Shown: piece after piece, positions 55,773-64,000 of the stretch
Numbering within the stretch: position 1 is the stretch's first letter
Layout of the letters: every line of letters starts with the position of its first letter
IMG/VR virus record: IMGVR_UViG_3300036783_000080
Location: 32,001-96,000 of that record
DNA: 64,000 nt
Direction: 5' to 3' (one strand)
From: a virus
Taxonomy: Duplodnaviria; Caudoviricetes
Notes under the pieces: generated by a model
Databases searched by the model: none
Seen by the model: only the letters and a program-made list of their open reading frames with translations
Told to the model about the DNA's origin: nothing
Program-made: the position numbers and the translations under genes

Positions 55773-56063
55773 TTATTCTCCTACTTTCTCCATAATAGTA
55801 TGATATTCAATAATAGATTCAATTTCTTTTACATAATACATTTTAGAACCAATCACCACTTTTGATAGTTCAATAGCTTTCTCAAGGTCTAAATGTCCAT
55901 ATTCCTTGAGTTGTGTTTCTAATAGATAAACTGGGTAAGATGGTGAGCCAGAAGGATGTACAAACAAGTTTCCCAGTTTAACTATGTAGAAATCTTTTTC
56001 TTTTCTTTTTGTTTCGTGTGATGTTGAAGTTCCTGCCAAAATATAATTTGGATTCTTCTCCAT
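55773..56063 (-). CDS. Hypothetical protein
   Basis: GGGAGG RBS. Confidence 0.65.
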   Translation of the reverse strand: MEKNPNYILAGTSTSHETKRKEKDFYIVKLGNLFVHPSGSPSYPVYLLETQLKEYGHLDLEKAIELSKVVIGSKMYYVKEIESIIEYHTIMEKVGE

Positions 56064-56215
56064 ACAGCTCGTCCTCCCTGAGAGGAGCTTGTGCCCCTCT
56101 GGATTAGTTTTTAGCGTTGTAGATTAATTCTGATAATTCTGCGTAAGAATGAACGTGTTGTAAATCTTCTACAGTAACGTTTTTCATTATCAACAGCTCC
56201 TTTCGCATTTTCTAC

Positions 56216-56248
56216 ATAATAAAAGGAGCGACTCATAAAAGTCCCTCC
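56216..56248 (-). promoter_or_regulatory. Hairpin/promoter hybrid element
   Basis: GGAGGGAC-TTTTATGA-GTCGCTCC-TTTTATTATGT. Confidence 0.65.
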
Positions 56249-56457
56249 TGGTATCATTATCTGTTATTCACATATTTTTGTACTGAGCCAGAGAGCTTAA
56301 AAATGTAACAAAATAGAATCAAACTTCCAAGTGCTGATGCAATCATTTCGCATTCCCCTCCTGAGTTTGTTCTTTGGATATTTTATTATCATAGGTCATG
56401 TAAACTCCTCCTTCAGCATTATGTTTATCATTAATGTCTGATTTGGAGTTGTACCGA

Positions 56458-57243
56458 TTATATATTGATTAAATTTTCCCCTTCTGGGCAGTAATGAAGT
56501 GCGAACTCTTCAAACATCTCTCCAGCATCTCCAGGAAGCTCTACAAGATTTTCTTTCTCTTCGAAAAGGCATTTGAAAAAGTCCTGTAAAGATATTCCAG
56601 TGAAAAATGGAGTCGTGAAGTTTTCTTTACACTCATCATCATTCAACATGTGTAACACCATAGACTCAAATGTCCAGAAATGATAATGATGGATTATATT
56701 ATTGTCTGTAATGATTCTGTGATGTCCAATAGCTTGTATATCCATTTGGCCAGGATAAATGTCACAATAGAAGAAATCAAACTCTTCATTGTTAGCAGTT
56801 AGAACGTCCTGACAAACAATCGTCAGCTTTTCATGTTCGCCAAAGTTCTGATAATAGAAGTCAATAACATCTTGGTTGAGCTCATATACAACAATCTCTT
56901 CCACTTCTTCCTTCTCAAGAATCTTTTGAACATAATACCCCAAACCTAATCCTGCTACACCTACACGTCCGTGAGCGTAGAACGCGGGCAGGTAATGAGA
57001 TTCAATCTCCATTGGAGTAAGACTCATCCAAGTTTGTCCGTCAATTAGGAACACGGGGACGTTGTGCAAAGGTTCTGGCCAATCCTTGTACATATATCCA
57101 TCAAGCCGCCAGTCTATCTTTTCAACAACTCGCAGCTCTATGTTTTTGTACGTTCTGTTTTGAACCTTTTTACTGAACCAAGCAATCTCCTTCTCTTGAT
57201 ACTCACGTGAAAATGGGTTATCTGGTAATTTTGGATAGAACAT
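56458..57243 (-). CDS. Class I SAM-dependent methyltransferase-like (spermidine-synthase-like) protein
   Basis: WMS.TPME, VGVAGLGLGY (motif I), VVYELNQDVID, DFFYCDIY. Confidence 0.8.
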   Translation of the reverse strand: MFYPKLPDNPFSREYQEKEIAWFSKKVQNRTYKNIELRVVEKIDWRLDGYMYKDWPEPLHNVPVFLIDGQTWMSLTPMEIESHYLPAFYAHGRVGVAGLGLGYYVQKILEKEEVEEIVVYELNQDVIDFYYQNFGEHEKLTIVCQDVLTANNEEFDFFYCDIYPGQMDIQAIGHHRIITDNNIIHHYHFWTFESMVLHMLNDDECKENFTTPFFTGISLQDFFKCLFEEKENLVELPGDAGEMFEEFALHYCPEGENLINI

Positions 57244-57677
57244 TATTTTTCCTCATCTTTCGGTTTGATGTAATCAATTATAGTTAGTTCAGAAGGCGAT
57301 AAGCTTCTGTTTGTTTGAGCTGTAACATATATGCGTAGGTCTTTGTATTCCTCCTCAAGCTTGAGAAGGTCGTTGAGTTCTTCAGGATTGAGTTTCTTCC
57401 CATCTATAAGGATGTAACTTGTAATCCCGTTTTTCCCTCCCTCTCGTACCGCTCCAAGAACCATCTTTTCCAGTCCTTTATAAGAGTTTATTACAACACG
57501 CAGCCCATCCAAGCTTCCTCCGTGCATTCCTTGAAGGCGTTTATATATCCCAAATAAAGATTCCTCTTCACCAATCGTAATGAATATATTGTTGTGTCCT
57601 TCTTTAGATAATTTAATAGCCAACTCCAACATATATCTTGTTTTACCTTGTCCAGCCGCTCCCATTACTAGTTTCAT
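57243..57677 (-). CDS. Small P-loop NTPase
   Basis: GAAGQGKT, FITIGEE, YILIDG, VTAQ. Confidence 0.7.
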   Translation of the reverse strand: MKLVMGAAGQGKTRYMLELAIKLSKEGHNNIFITIGEEESLFGIYKRLQGMHGGSLDGLRVVINSYKGLEKMVLGAVREGGKNGITSYILIDGKKLNPEELNDLLKLEEEYKDLRIYVTAQTNRSLSPSELTIIDYIKPKDEEK

Positions 57678-58021
57678 ACTTTGACACGCTCCTTTTTCTC
57701 CTCTTTTGTAACTCTCTCAACATGTGCATCTAATATGGCTTGTACTTCAGCTTTGTTATATCCACCAACAACGTGCTTCCCTCTCCATTCAGCCTTGTAA
57801 TAAGGTCGTCCATTAGGTATTTCACTCACATAGACATTCCCTTTTCCATAGCGTTTATGTTTCTTGAAGTGGTCGGCAGGAACTTTCCCTGCTTTGACCA
57901 TATCAAATGCTGCTTGGGCTTCCTCTCTAGTTGGGAAGACTCCAATTGATTGATATCTCCCTCCACCTAGATGGAGTTTTGCTTGATACTTTCCTGAGTA
58001 ATTCAAATAACCAACTGCCAT
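57674..58021 (-). CDS. AP2-domain DNA-binding protein
   Basis: GKYQAKL..SIGVFPTREEAQAAFD. Confidence 0.7.
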   Translation of the reverse strand: MAVGYLNYSGKYQAKLHLGGGRYQSIGVFPTREEAQAAFDMVKAGKVPADHFKKHKRYGKGNVYVSEIPNGRPYYKAEWRGKHVVGGYNKAEVQAILDAHVERVTKEEKKERVKV

Positions 58022-58228
58022 TTATTTCTTCCTCTCCTCATATACACTTTGTATAATCGCTTCAAATTCTGACAAGGCAAAGAACTTCGCAGGAATATCA
58101 AAGTACATAACCATAATCTCAGTATCCATAACAGATATTCTTGTTACATAAGATTCAAACTTTGGGATGTAGTTCATATGCTTCAAAACAGGTGATTCAT
58201 AGTTGTCATATTGTTCCAGAACATTCAT
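58022..58228 (-). CDS. Hypothetical protein
   Basis: ATGA coupling. Confidence 0.6.
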   Translation of the reverse strand: MNVLEQYDNYESPVLKHMNYIPKFESYVTRISVMDTEIMVMYFDIPAKFFALSEFEAIIQSVYEERKK

Positions 58229-58914
58229 TTCTTGTCCTCCTCAGTTATCGCTTCCAATATAAGGTCGTCAACGAGCTTTCTCAAGCCTTCATAATCGTAG
58301 TCGTTAACTTTATATTCTTTTCTTCCTTTCAATCTGCAGTCGGCTACGTTAGTTGTTCCTTTTAATACGTCAGTAACAGGTCGAACTTCCCACAACCAAA
58401 CAATATCATCATATAGAGTATTTATATTTGACATGAATTTTATTCCATGATAGCTTACACCCATACGTTCTTTTTCAAAGCGTGTTCTGTTAAATTGCGT
58501 TAACATGTTCCACAGTCGAACAGCTCCTGGAGGGAATCCAAGTGAATAACCTAGCGTGTCGTGTCGATAATCGGTGATTGTTTCGCCATTAAACTCGTAC
58601 TTTACTAAACCATTATGTTCAAACCATTTCTTTGCATCTTCTCCTTGGAAGAATAAAGCTGAGTGTCTTTGTGGGAACTCGATGTATGGATATCCTGCTT
58701 CCTTTAATCTTTTAAAAGCTGGCGTTTCTGCGTTTTCAACTTCTCCTAAAAACGCCGCCGCTTTCTTATGAAGTCTCGCAGTGATAAGTACCGCTGGTTT
58801 GTATCCAAGAACGAAAGCCACCACATCTGCCGATTTATATTTATTCATTGTCTCCACAACGTTGTCTTCTTTAACAACTGCTAATTTATCCATTCTTATT
58901 TCCTCCCTTTCCAC
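58225..58914 (-). CDS. Hypothetical protein (LGYKPAVL..LGYSLGFPP; likely start ~58893)
   Basis: GGGAGG RBS; SigA-like promoter at 58947-58975. Confidence 0.7.
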   Translation of the reverse strand: MEREEIRMDKLAVVKEDNVVETMNKYKSADVVAFVLGYKPAVLITARLHKKAAAFLGEVENAETPAFKRLKEAGYPYIEFPQRHSALFFQGEDAKKWFEHNGLVKYEFNGETITDYRHDTLGYSLGFPPGAVRLWNMLTQFNRTRFEKERMGVSYHGIKFMSNINTLYDDIVWLWEVRPVTDVLKGTTNVADCRLKGRKEYKVNDYDYEGLRKLVDDLILEAITEEDKK

Positions 58915-59005
58915 TTGACTAGTGTACTAGCCATCTTACAACTATTATACTAAACTATTCTTTTCCAATAGTCAAGCGTTAATTATGAAAAAGAGGAACA
59001 AAGTT

Positions 59006-59302
59006 TTAAATTTGTTCCTCTTCCTCTCCTAAAACATTTAAAGCAAGGTTTCTCATTGTTTGTATAGCCACGATTGAACGGTTATCTCTTTGTATTCTGC
59101 TTGTATCAACTTGCGTTATATCTTTTAAAGTTTTACGTAGTCTTAAACATTCTTCAGCAAGAGATGCTATGTCAGCTACCTTTAACCAATCTGGAGCTTC
59201 ATCCCCGTAATGTTTAAAATAGTCATAGAGTTCTTGAAGCTCGTGCGTTGTAAATTTACTCATCTTCAGGAAGTCCGAACAGTTTAGATACATGAACGCC
59301 AT
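59006..59302 (-). CDS. Hypothetical protein (likely start MSKF ~59263)
   Basis: Coupled to deaminase stop. Confidence 0.6.
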   Translation of the reverse strand: MAFMYLNCSDFLKMSKFTTHELQELYDYFKHYGDEAPDWLKVADIASLAEECLRLRKTLKDITQVDTSRIQRDNRSIVAIQTMRNLALNVLGEEEEQI

Positions 59303-59600
59303 TTTCTCTTAGATAATCAATACCATCCGTCACTCGGTACTCTTCATGATACATAACTGTTAACACTCCTTCTTCAACTAATCGCTTTGCGCAGTCTAAA
59401 CAAGGAGAATGAGAGACAATCACCATTTTTGGGTTATCGTAACTCATCTGTTCCAAAAGATTGATTTCTGCGTGAGTACATCCGCAAGCTCCTGGGACAT
59501 TTGAACATTCTTTATGATTATAGTTTCGAGCTTTACCAATCGTTCCGTCAACAGTAATACCGATGGCCACAACTTTCATACGTTTACATTTATTGTCCAT
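59256..59600 (-). CDS. Minimal CMP/dCMP deaminase-family protein
   Basis: HAE and SPCLDC zinc motifs, YHEEYR..GIDYL. Confidence 0.85.
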   Translation of the reverse strand: MDNKCKRMKVVAIGITVDGTIGKARNYNHKECSNVPGACGCTHAEINLLEQMSYDNPKMVIVSHSPCLDCAKRLVEEGVLTVMYHEEYRVTDGIDYLRENGVHVSKLFGLPEDE

Positions 59601-60588
59601 CCCATTCACCTTCTTCATCATCTTCACGTGGAGTGTTCATTTGATTCTCGATATCTTCATCATTTTCGTTATCAAAAATCTTCTCTACAACCTGAACCAA
59701 CCAGTTTGAATCGAAATTGAATGTTGGGTCTTCTAAGCGTTTAGAATGTACCGTATCAATAAGAATGCTCATATATGTTAAGTCTACACCAGTGAGTTGG
59801 TCTTCTAACACTAATGGGTCATTCAGATTCAATTCACTCACTTGGAATATCATCTTCAACACTTGTCCTGCGTTGATTGTGTACCCTCTAGCGATGAACT
59901 TTCTCATACGAAGAATAGACGCAATCGGATATTTTGAACCTGAGTAACGAAGTTCTTTTGTCATTATAGATGTGAGAGTTTCAGCAGGAAGCGTTAACTT
60001 ACCAGTATTGAATAAACTTCCACCTGTCCAATAAGCTACGCCAGTTGGCTCCCAATACGCTTGACAGTGAATGTAATCAAAGTTCTTGTGAACTTCTTCT
60101 GGGCTGCCGTGGAATCGCATAATTAATTGAACACCATCTGATAACGTGATAGCGTTTGAAGATAGGAAAATAGGTCTGAAGTTCTTTTCGTCCTTTGGTT
60201 TCTTTGACTCATCTTTGGGTTGTAATCCTAGTCCTCTGCGGTTGATTTCGTCTTGTTCCATTCCTTCCGTATCTTCAGCGATACCTTTTGAACGAATCAT
60301 TACTTTGACACGTTTCTCTTCAAGAGATTTTAAATCCACACTAGCATGAGTGTCGTGATGTTTATTCCATCTATCTACATAATAACCAGCAACCGCTCTA
60401 CAAGTTTCAAAATCTTTAAAATAGATATCATAGTCATTCGGCTCTTCATTTCCTAATAGGGAAACAATAGCACCCCCAGAAATAAAACAATTCTTTTCAA
60501 CCAGTTCACTCACCTTTTTATCATCTATAGACTTTACCCAGTTTTTGTGAATACGTGCTAATCTTGATTTAATCTGTTTCGTTAACAT
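59590..60588 (-). CDS. Pol-beta-superfamily nucleotidyltransferase (phage type)
   Basis: FISGGAIVSLL..EPNDYDIYF, SSNAITL, QLI, NFDYIHC, YPIASILRMRKFIARGY. Confidence 0.8.
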   Translation of the reverse strand: MLTKQIKSRLARIHKNWVKSIDDKKVSELVEKNCFISGGAIVSLLGNEEPNDYDIYFKDFETCRAVAGYYVDRWNKHHDTHASVDLKSLEEKRVKVMIRSKGIAEDTEGMEQDEINRRGLGLQPKDESKKPKDEKNFRPIFLSSNAITLSDGVQLIMRFHGSPEEVHKNFDYIHCQAYWEPTGVAYWTGGSLFNTGKLTLPAETLTSIMTKELRYSGSKYPIASILRMRKFIARGYTINAGQVLKMIFQVSELNLNDPLVLEDQLTGVDLTYMSILIDTVHSKRLEDPTFNFDSNWLVQVVEKIFDNENDEDIENQMNTPREDDEEGEWDGQ

Positions 60589-60617
60589 TCCAATTCCTCC
60601 TCTTTATCGACTTACAA

Positions 60618-60650
60618 ATAATAAAAGAAGGATTGGACAAAGTATTCTCC
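60618..60650 (-). promoter_or_regulatory. Phage-type promoter motif upstream of nucleotidyltransferase
   Basis: GGAGAATACTTTGTC..TTTTATTAT. Confidence 0.5.
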
Positions 60651-60699
60651 CATACTCACTATTTGAAGACAAAAGAAAATCCCAACCGTCAAGTTGGGA

Positions 60700-61182
60700 T
60701 TACTTCATAACTCTATCTTTTTGAGTAGGTACTGCAGAGACTACATCATTGAATGTAATGTCGTATTTCTTTCCCTGAACCTTTACTTCAAACGTTGTAT
60801 TCTTGCTCAAAGAAAGGTCTTCAGAGATAATTCCAGCCATCCGAATACCGTTATTGTCGAACTGTACTGTCCATCCTTGTGGAATCTTACGAGCTTTTGT
60901 GATATCAATGATTTTGTTTTTTGGTCCAAATTCATCGTCTGGGTCATAGAACTTTCGGCACGCCGCTTCATTAGTTTCCGCAGGAACGATTGAACGAAGA
61001 GATTGTCCAGTCACCATTTTGTAACGAACTGCAAAGAATTTAAGTTCAAATGTAGGAAGGTCATTGTCTTGTTTTACTGTCGCCCAAGCTTCCTTAAGAT
61101 GTGACGCAGGAGTTCCGCCTTTCTCCTGAGACAATTTCTTAGCCAATTCACATGCCATACTTCTTAAGTTATCCTTTTTCAT
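60700..61182 (-). CDS. Hypothetical protein; N-terminal motif shared with 175..663
   Basis: CELAKKLSQEKGGTPASHLKEAWATV; AAAGGAG RBS. Confidence 0.75.
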   Translation of the reverse strand: MKKDNLRSMACELAKKLSQEKGGTPASHLKEAWATVKQDNDLPTFELKFFAVRYKMVTGQSLRSIVPAETNEAACRKFYDPDDEFGPKNKIIDITKARKIPQGWTVQFDNNGIRMAGIISEDLSLSKNTTFEVKVQGKKYDITFNDVVSAVPTQKDRVMK

Positions 61183-61285
61183 GTTATAACTCTCCTTTTA
61201 ATTTGAATTTTAAGCTGTGAGACTGATTGACTATTTGAATTTAAATTCTCTGACAGCTAATTAATTGTTAACCGTTGCTAATGGT

Positions 61286-61624
61286 TTACAGTTTGTTTAG
61301 GTGTTTGATAAACTCTCGTATACAATCATATTTATTAATCTCACGTGTTTTTTCTATCGTTGTTACTATTTTATCCGCAATTGTCATTTTAATTCCTATT
61401 AAATCACTTTCTGGATAATCTTCTATTTTTATTTCATAAGGTTTTCCATTTAGCAAGATAGCGGCGTCACCTGGCGTCACATTGAACGCCATATCCGCAG
61501 TTTCAACTATGTTCTCTTGTTTCAAGCTTTCGTTACCATATTTTCTCATTTCATTATCACTCAAAATTAAAGTTGTAACATCTGACAACACCATATTTTC
61601 ATGTTTAACATTTTTAAATCTCAT
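61286..61624 (-). CDS. Hypothetical protein
   Basis: AGGAGG RBS. Confidence 0.65.
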   Translation of the reverse strand: MRFKNVKHENMVLSDVTTLILSDNEMRKYGNESLKQENIVETADMAFNVTPGDAAILLNGKPYEIKIEDYPESDLIGIKMTIADKIVTTIEKTREINKYDCIREFIKHLNKL

Positions 61625-61635
61625 TTTAATTCCTC

Positions 61636-61854
61636 CTATTTTTCGAATGTAAATTTTCTTGTCGATAATCTATTTTGACCAAAACATTTAATGTCTGCAA
61701 CATTATATGCTTTCTTATATCCTCTTTTCTTTGCGTAACTACAAGCCAAGGTTGCTGTCGCTCCTCTATCTAGTTCGCTTGGGTCATCTGCCCCAACTAC
61801 TACAACAAACATTTTTCCAGAGCGGTAAGAGTCAACCACCTTCATAACATTCAC
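61636..61854 (-). CDS. Hypothetical protein
   Basis: SigA-like promoter TTGAAA-17-TATAAT at 61896-61924. Confidence 0.6.
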   Translation of the reverse strand: MNVMKVVDSYRSGKMFVVVVGADDPSELDRGATATLACSYAKKRGYKKAYNVADIKCFGQNRLSTRKFTFEK

Positions 61855-61950
61855 TTTCCCTTCTTGGTAATTGGTTTTTATTACCTTACAACTTCATTAT
61901 AATATATCTTGTCCCTTATTTCAAGCATTTATACCAAAAATTGTAACAAT

Positions 61951-64000
61951 TTATTTCTTTTTCTTATTGCCCACGCTCATTAACAAAAGCTCATCCTCAA
62001 GTATAGCTTCTTGTACTTCTTCTATCGGCTTTCCATACTTCGTTAAACATTCTTTGATATATTCAGAATTGTCATATACTTGTAACCCACGTTTGTATGG
62101 TAAATCGTTCATCTTAACTCGGATAACTGGTTGATTCTTCTTATCTGCCAATACTCCAACCATAGCTTCATGCATTTTAAGCTCCATACAGTCTTCTAAA
62201 CTGAAATCTGGTTCAATACGATGCAAGAACTTCTTCCATAACTTATCACTATTTTGTTTTAATACAACAAAGTTACAACCAGAAGATATCATTATGTCTC
62301 CTAAATCTTTAGGAATCTGTGCGAAGTCGTGGAATAAACTAAACACACATAATCCGAACTTTCGTGACTCTGGATAGATTTCTTCAAGCGTTGAAGCTAA
62401 TGATTTAGTAAGGAATTGATGTGGCTCGTTCATTACAAGATAGGATTGACAATACTTTCCTTGTCGCTTCATAGCTTGTTTTGCCAACCAAGTCTTAACT
62501 GTTAACCAATGAACCAAAGTTCTTATCCCTGTTGAAGTGAATATATCTTTCGGAACTTTACAAATAATAACCTTCCCATCATACAACCATTCGTCAAAGT
62601 TGATAGAGCCATCACCTTGTTGTCCAAAGATAACTTTTAATGCTGGGTCACCGACAAGTTTGTGTAAGCGATTCAGGATTGGGTCGGCAATCTGTTTCTT
62701 TCGTCCATCTCCAATCTCTTGATAGAGCTTCCAGAAAGCCGCTGTTGAGATGTCTTTTCTCTTTTCGCAGTCAGCTATTGTCTTTTCAAGGAACTCAGGA
62801 GATGTAAACATTAAGCCCATCTGAATAACTGTTCCATTTGGTAATGCTTTCGCCGCTTCTCTCAAATAACGTTCCGTTTGAACGCCAGCTTCATCCTCTG
62901 TTTCAAAGAACTTCACCAATTCAGAAGCGAACTTGTTTTGTGTAAATCGGTCTTCCGTTCTCATTGCCTCAACCCAATCTAAATACGGCACATACTCTTC
63001 ATTTCCGAAATCTAACACTACAAGCTTCTCTGGAGGTAATGTTTTGATAATCGCATCCGACATCCCTCTGTCAACTTCGTCAACTACGTCCAATATAACC
63101 GCCCCTTTACCCATCAGAGCGTTTTCAACTATAAAGTTAGCGGCGAACGTATCTTTTCCACTTCCCATAATACCAGAGCTTATAATTGGAAGCATAGCTT
63201 CATCAGGATTATCAGCAGGAAAGAACGTTTCAAACTCTTCTCCTTTATAGGAAGTTTTACCAAGGAAGACTCCAGTTGGTTTCAAGAACACATCAGGAAT
63301 CCCAACTTCAGACCTTTGTAGCACATCCATTTTATCTCCATAAATCTTCTGAAGCTTTGAAGTTGGAAGTTGCATAACCTTTCCCAGCTCTCTATCACAC
63401 ATTATCATATAATCTGTATCGGCTACAGATAGCGGCGTCACCTTATGTTCACTTATTTCTTTATGAGCCATTTTAAAGAAAGAGCTTGAAGGATTCTCAT
63501 ATATAGTCGTTCTTATGAGAGCGTTGTTGGAATCCTTCAAATCATCAAAAGCATTCGTCAAAGATTTCATATTCATCGTTCTTCTCACTTCATCTGTACT
63601 ATGACTTGCTACACGGATATTTGCTTTGAATACTGGAGCTGTCTGTTTATATCCAGTTTGTCTTGAAATCCCTCCCACTTCTCTTGTCTCTGCTGAAGCG
63701 TGGTTGACAACTATTTGTTGAGTTTTCTGTTTCTTGAACGCTATTGAATGAAGCTCTCTAAACATAAGAGACAATTTATGGAAAGCTATGTCACTCAATC
63801 CAAATAACGCTCCTATGACTCCATCTTTGGTGATTCTTAATCTTATTGGAGCTTTACCCTTCAATGTTTTCTTATGCCACTCTTCGCACTTGTAAGACCA
63901 GTAATTCATATCAGAGGGTTTAACCCTCATAGAGAACTTAAGTACGTCACCTTCTCGGATATCTTCAGAGCAAGCCAGTACATCTTGTACTGGTTGAGCT
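61951..64000 (-). CDS. VirD4/TraD-type coupling-protein-like (HerA/FtsK superfamily) ATPase, 5' end outside the window
   Basis: GIMGSGKDT Walker A, ILD, PILNRL, GKVIICKVPK, LVMNEPHQF Walker B, ESRKFGL..HDFAQ; frame open to 64000. Confidence 0.75.
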   Translation of the reverse strand, partial: AQPVQDVLACSEDIREGDVLKFSMRVKPSDMNYWSYKCEEWHKKTLKGKAPIRLRITKDGVIGALFGLSDIAFHKLSLMFRELHSIAFKKQKTQQIVVNHASAETREVGGISRQTGYKQTAPVFKANIRVASHSTDEVRRTMNMKSLTNAFDDLKDSNNALIRTTIYENPSSSFFKMAHKEISEHKVTPLSVADTDYMIMCDRELGKVMQLPTSKLQKIYGDKMDVLQRSEVGIPDVFLKPTGVFLGKTSYKGEEFETFFPADNPDEAMLPIISSGIMGSGKDTFAANFIVENALMGKGAVILDVVDEVDRGMSDAIIKTLPPEKLVVLDFGNEEYVPYLDWVEAMRTEDRFTQNKFASELVKFFETEDEAGVQTERYLREAAKALPNGTVIQMGLMFTSPEFLEKTIADCEKRKDISTAAFWKLYQEIGDGRKKQIADPILNRLHKLVGDPALKVIFGQQGDGSINFDEWLYDGKVIICKVPKDIFTSTGIRTLVHWLTVKTWLAKQAMKRQGKYCQSYLVMNEPHQFLTKSLASTLEEIYPESRKFGLCVFSLFHDFAQIPKDLGDIMISSGCNFVVLKQNSDKLWKKFLHRIEPDFSLEDCMELKMHEAMVGVLADKKNQPVIRVKMNDLPYKRGLQVYDNSEYIKECLTKYGKPIEEVQEAILEDELLLMSVGNKKKK

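Noticed and set aside
56458-57243. DNA methyltransferase of a restriction-modification system
   Set aside because: No DPPY/NPPY or PCQ catalytic motif and no restriction nuclease nearby.
59256-59600. Deaminase as the anti-phage dCTP deaminase AvcD
   Set aside because: It lacks the fused P-loop kinase domain and is far too short.
125-63250. The many short ORF-track entries antisense to or overlapping longer genes (e.g. 125..382, 5997..6479, 38413..38850, 40741..41091)
   Set aside because: They lack an RBS and are shadows of well-supported genes on the opposite strand or in another frame.
1-64000. tRNA, rRNA, reverse transcriptase/DGR, transposase or integrase
   Set aside because: No T-arm/cloverleaf, rRNA signature, YxDD RT, DDE or recombinase motifs recognised by eye. 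tRNAscan-SE or Infernal would be needed to exclude small RNAs formally.

Overview
AT-rich Bacillota (probably Bacillaceae) DNA with the layout of a large tailed phage or phage-plasmid. It carries a SPO1/Twort (Herelleviridae)-type large terminase with a candidate small terminase, a holin, a SNF2 helicase, a SigB/F/G-type sigma factor and about 110 short, densely packed genes. Most genes are on the minus strand; a mainly plus-strand block at 32.7-44.1 kb looks like an early region. Host-manipulation candidates recognised by eye: a SpoIIID homolog, a ReoY/YpiB homolog plus two more IDEAL-domain proteins, a stand-alone ClpX zinc-binding domain, a Tad2/DUF2829-like protein, a CYTH-DHH pair, a nucleotidyltransferase-deaminase pair, Sm/Hfq-like paralogs, a DUF4127-SLH protein without a signal peptide, a beta-helix depolymerase-like protein, and a VirD4/HerA-FtsK-like ATPase running off the window end. 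Two dispersed cis-element families organise the window: SigA promoters with a shared palindromic leader, and hairpin/promoter hybrids resembling SPO1 middle promoters. There is also an origin-like AT-rich spacer at 1.7-2.1 kb and an A-tract-depleted zone at 44-47 kb that may mark the packaging terminus. No rRNA, tRNA, CRISPR array, integrase or transposase was seen. All family calls come from motif recognition by eye, not database searches.
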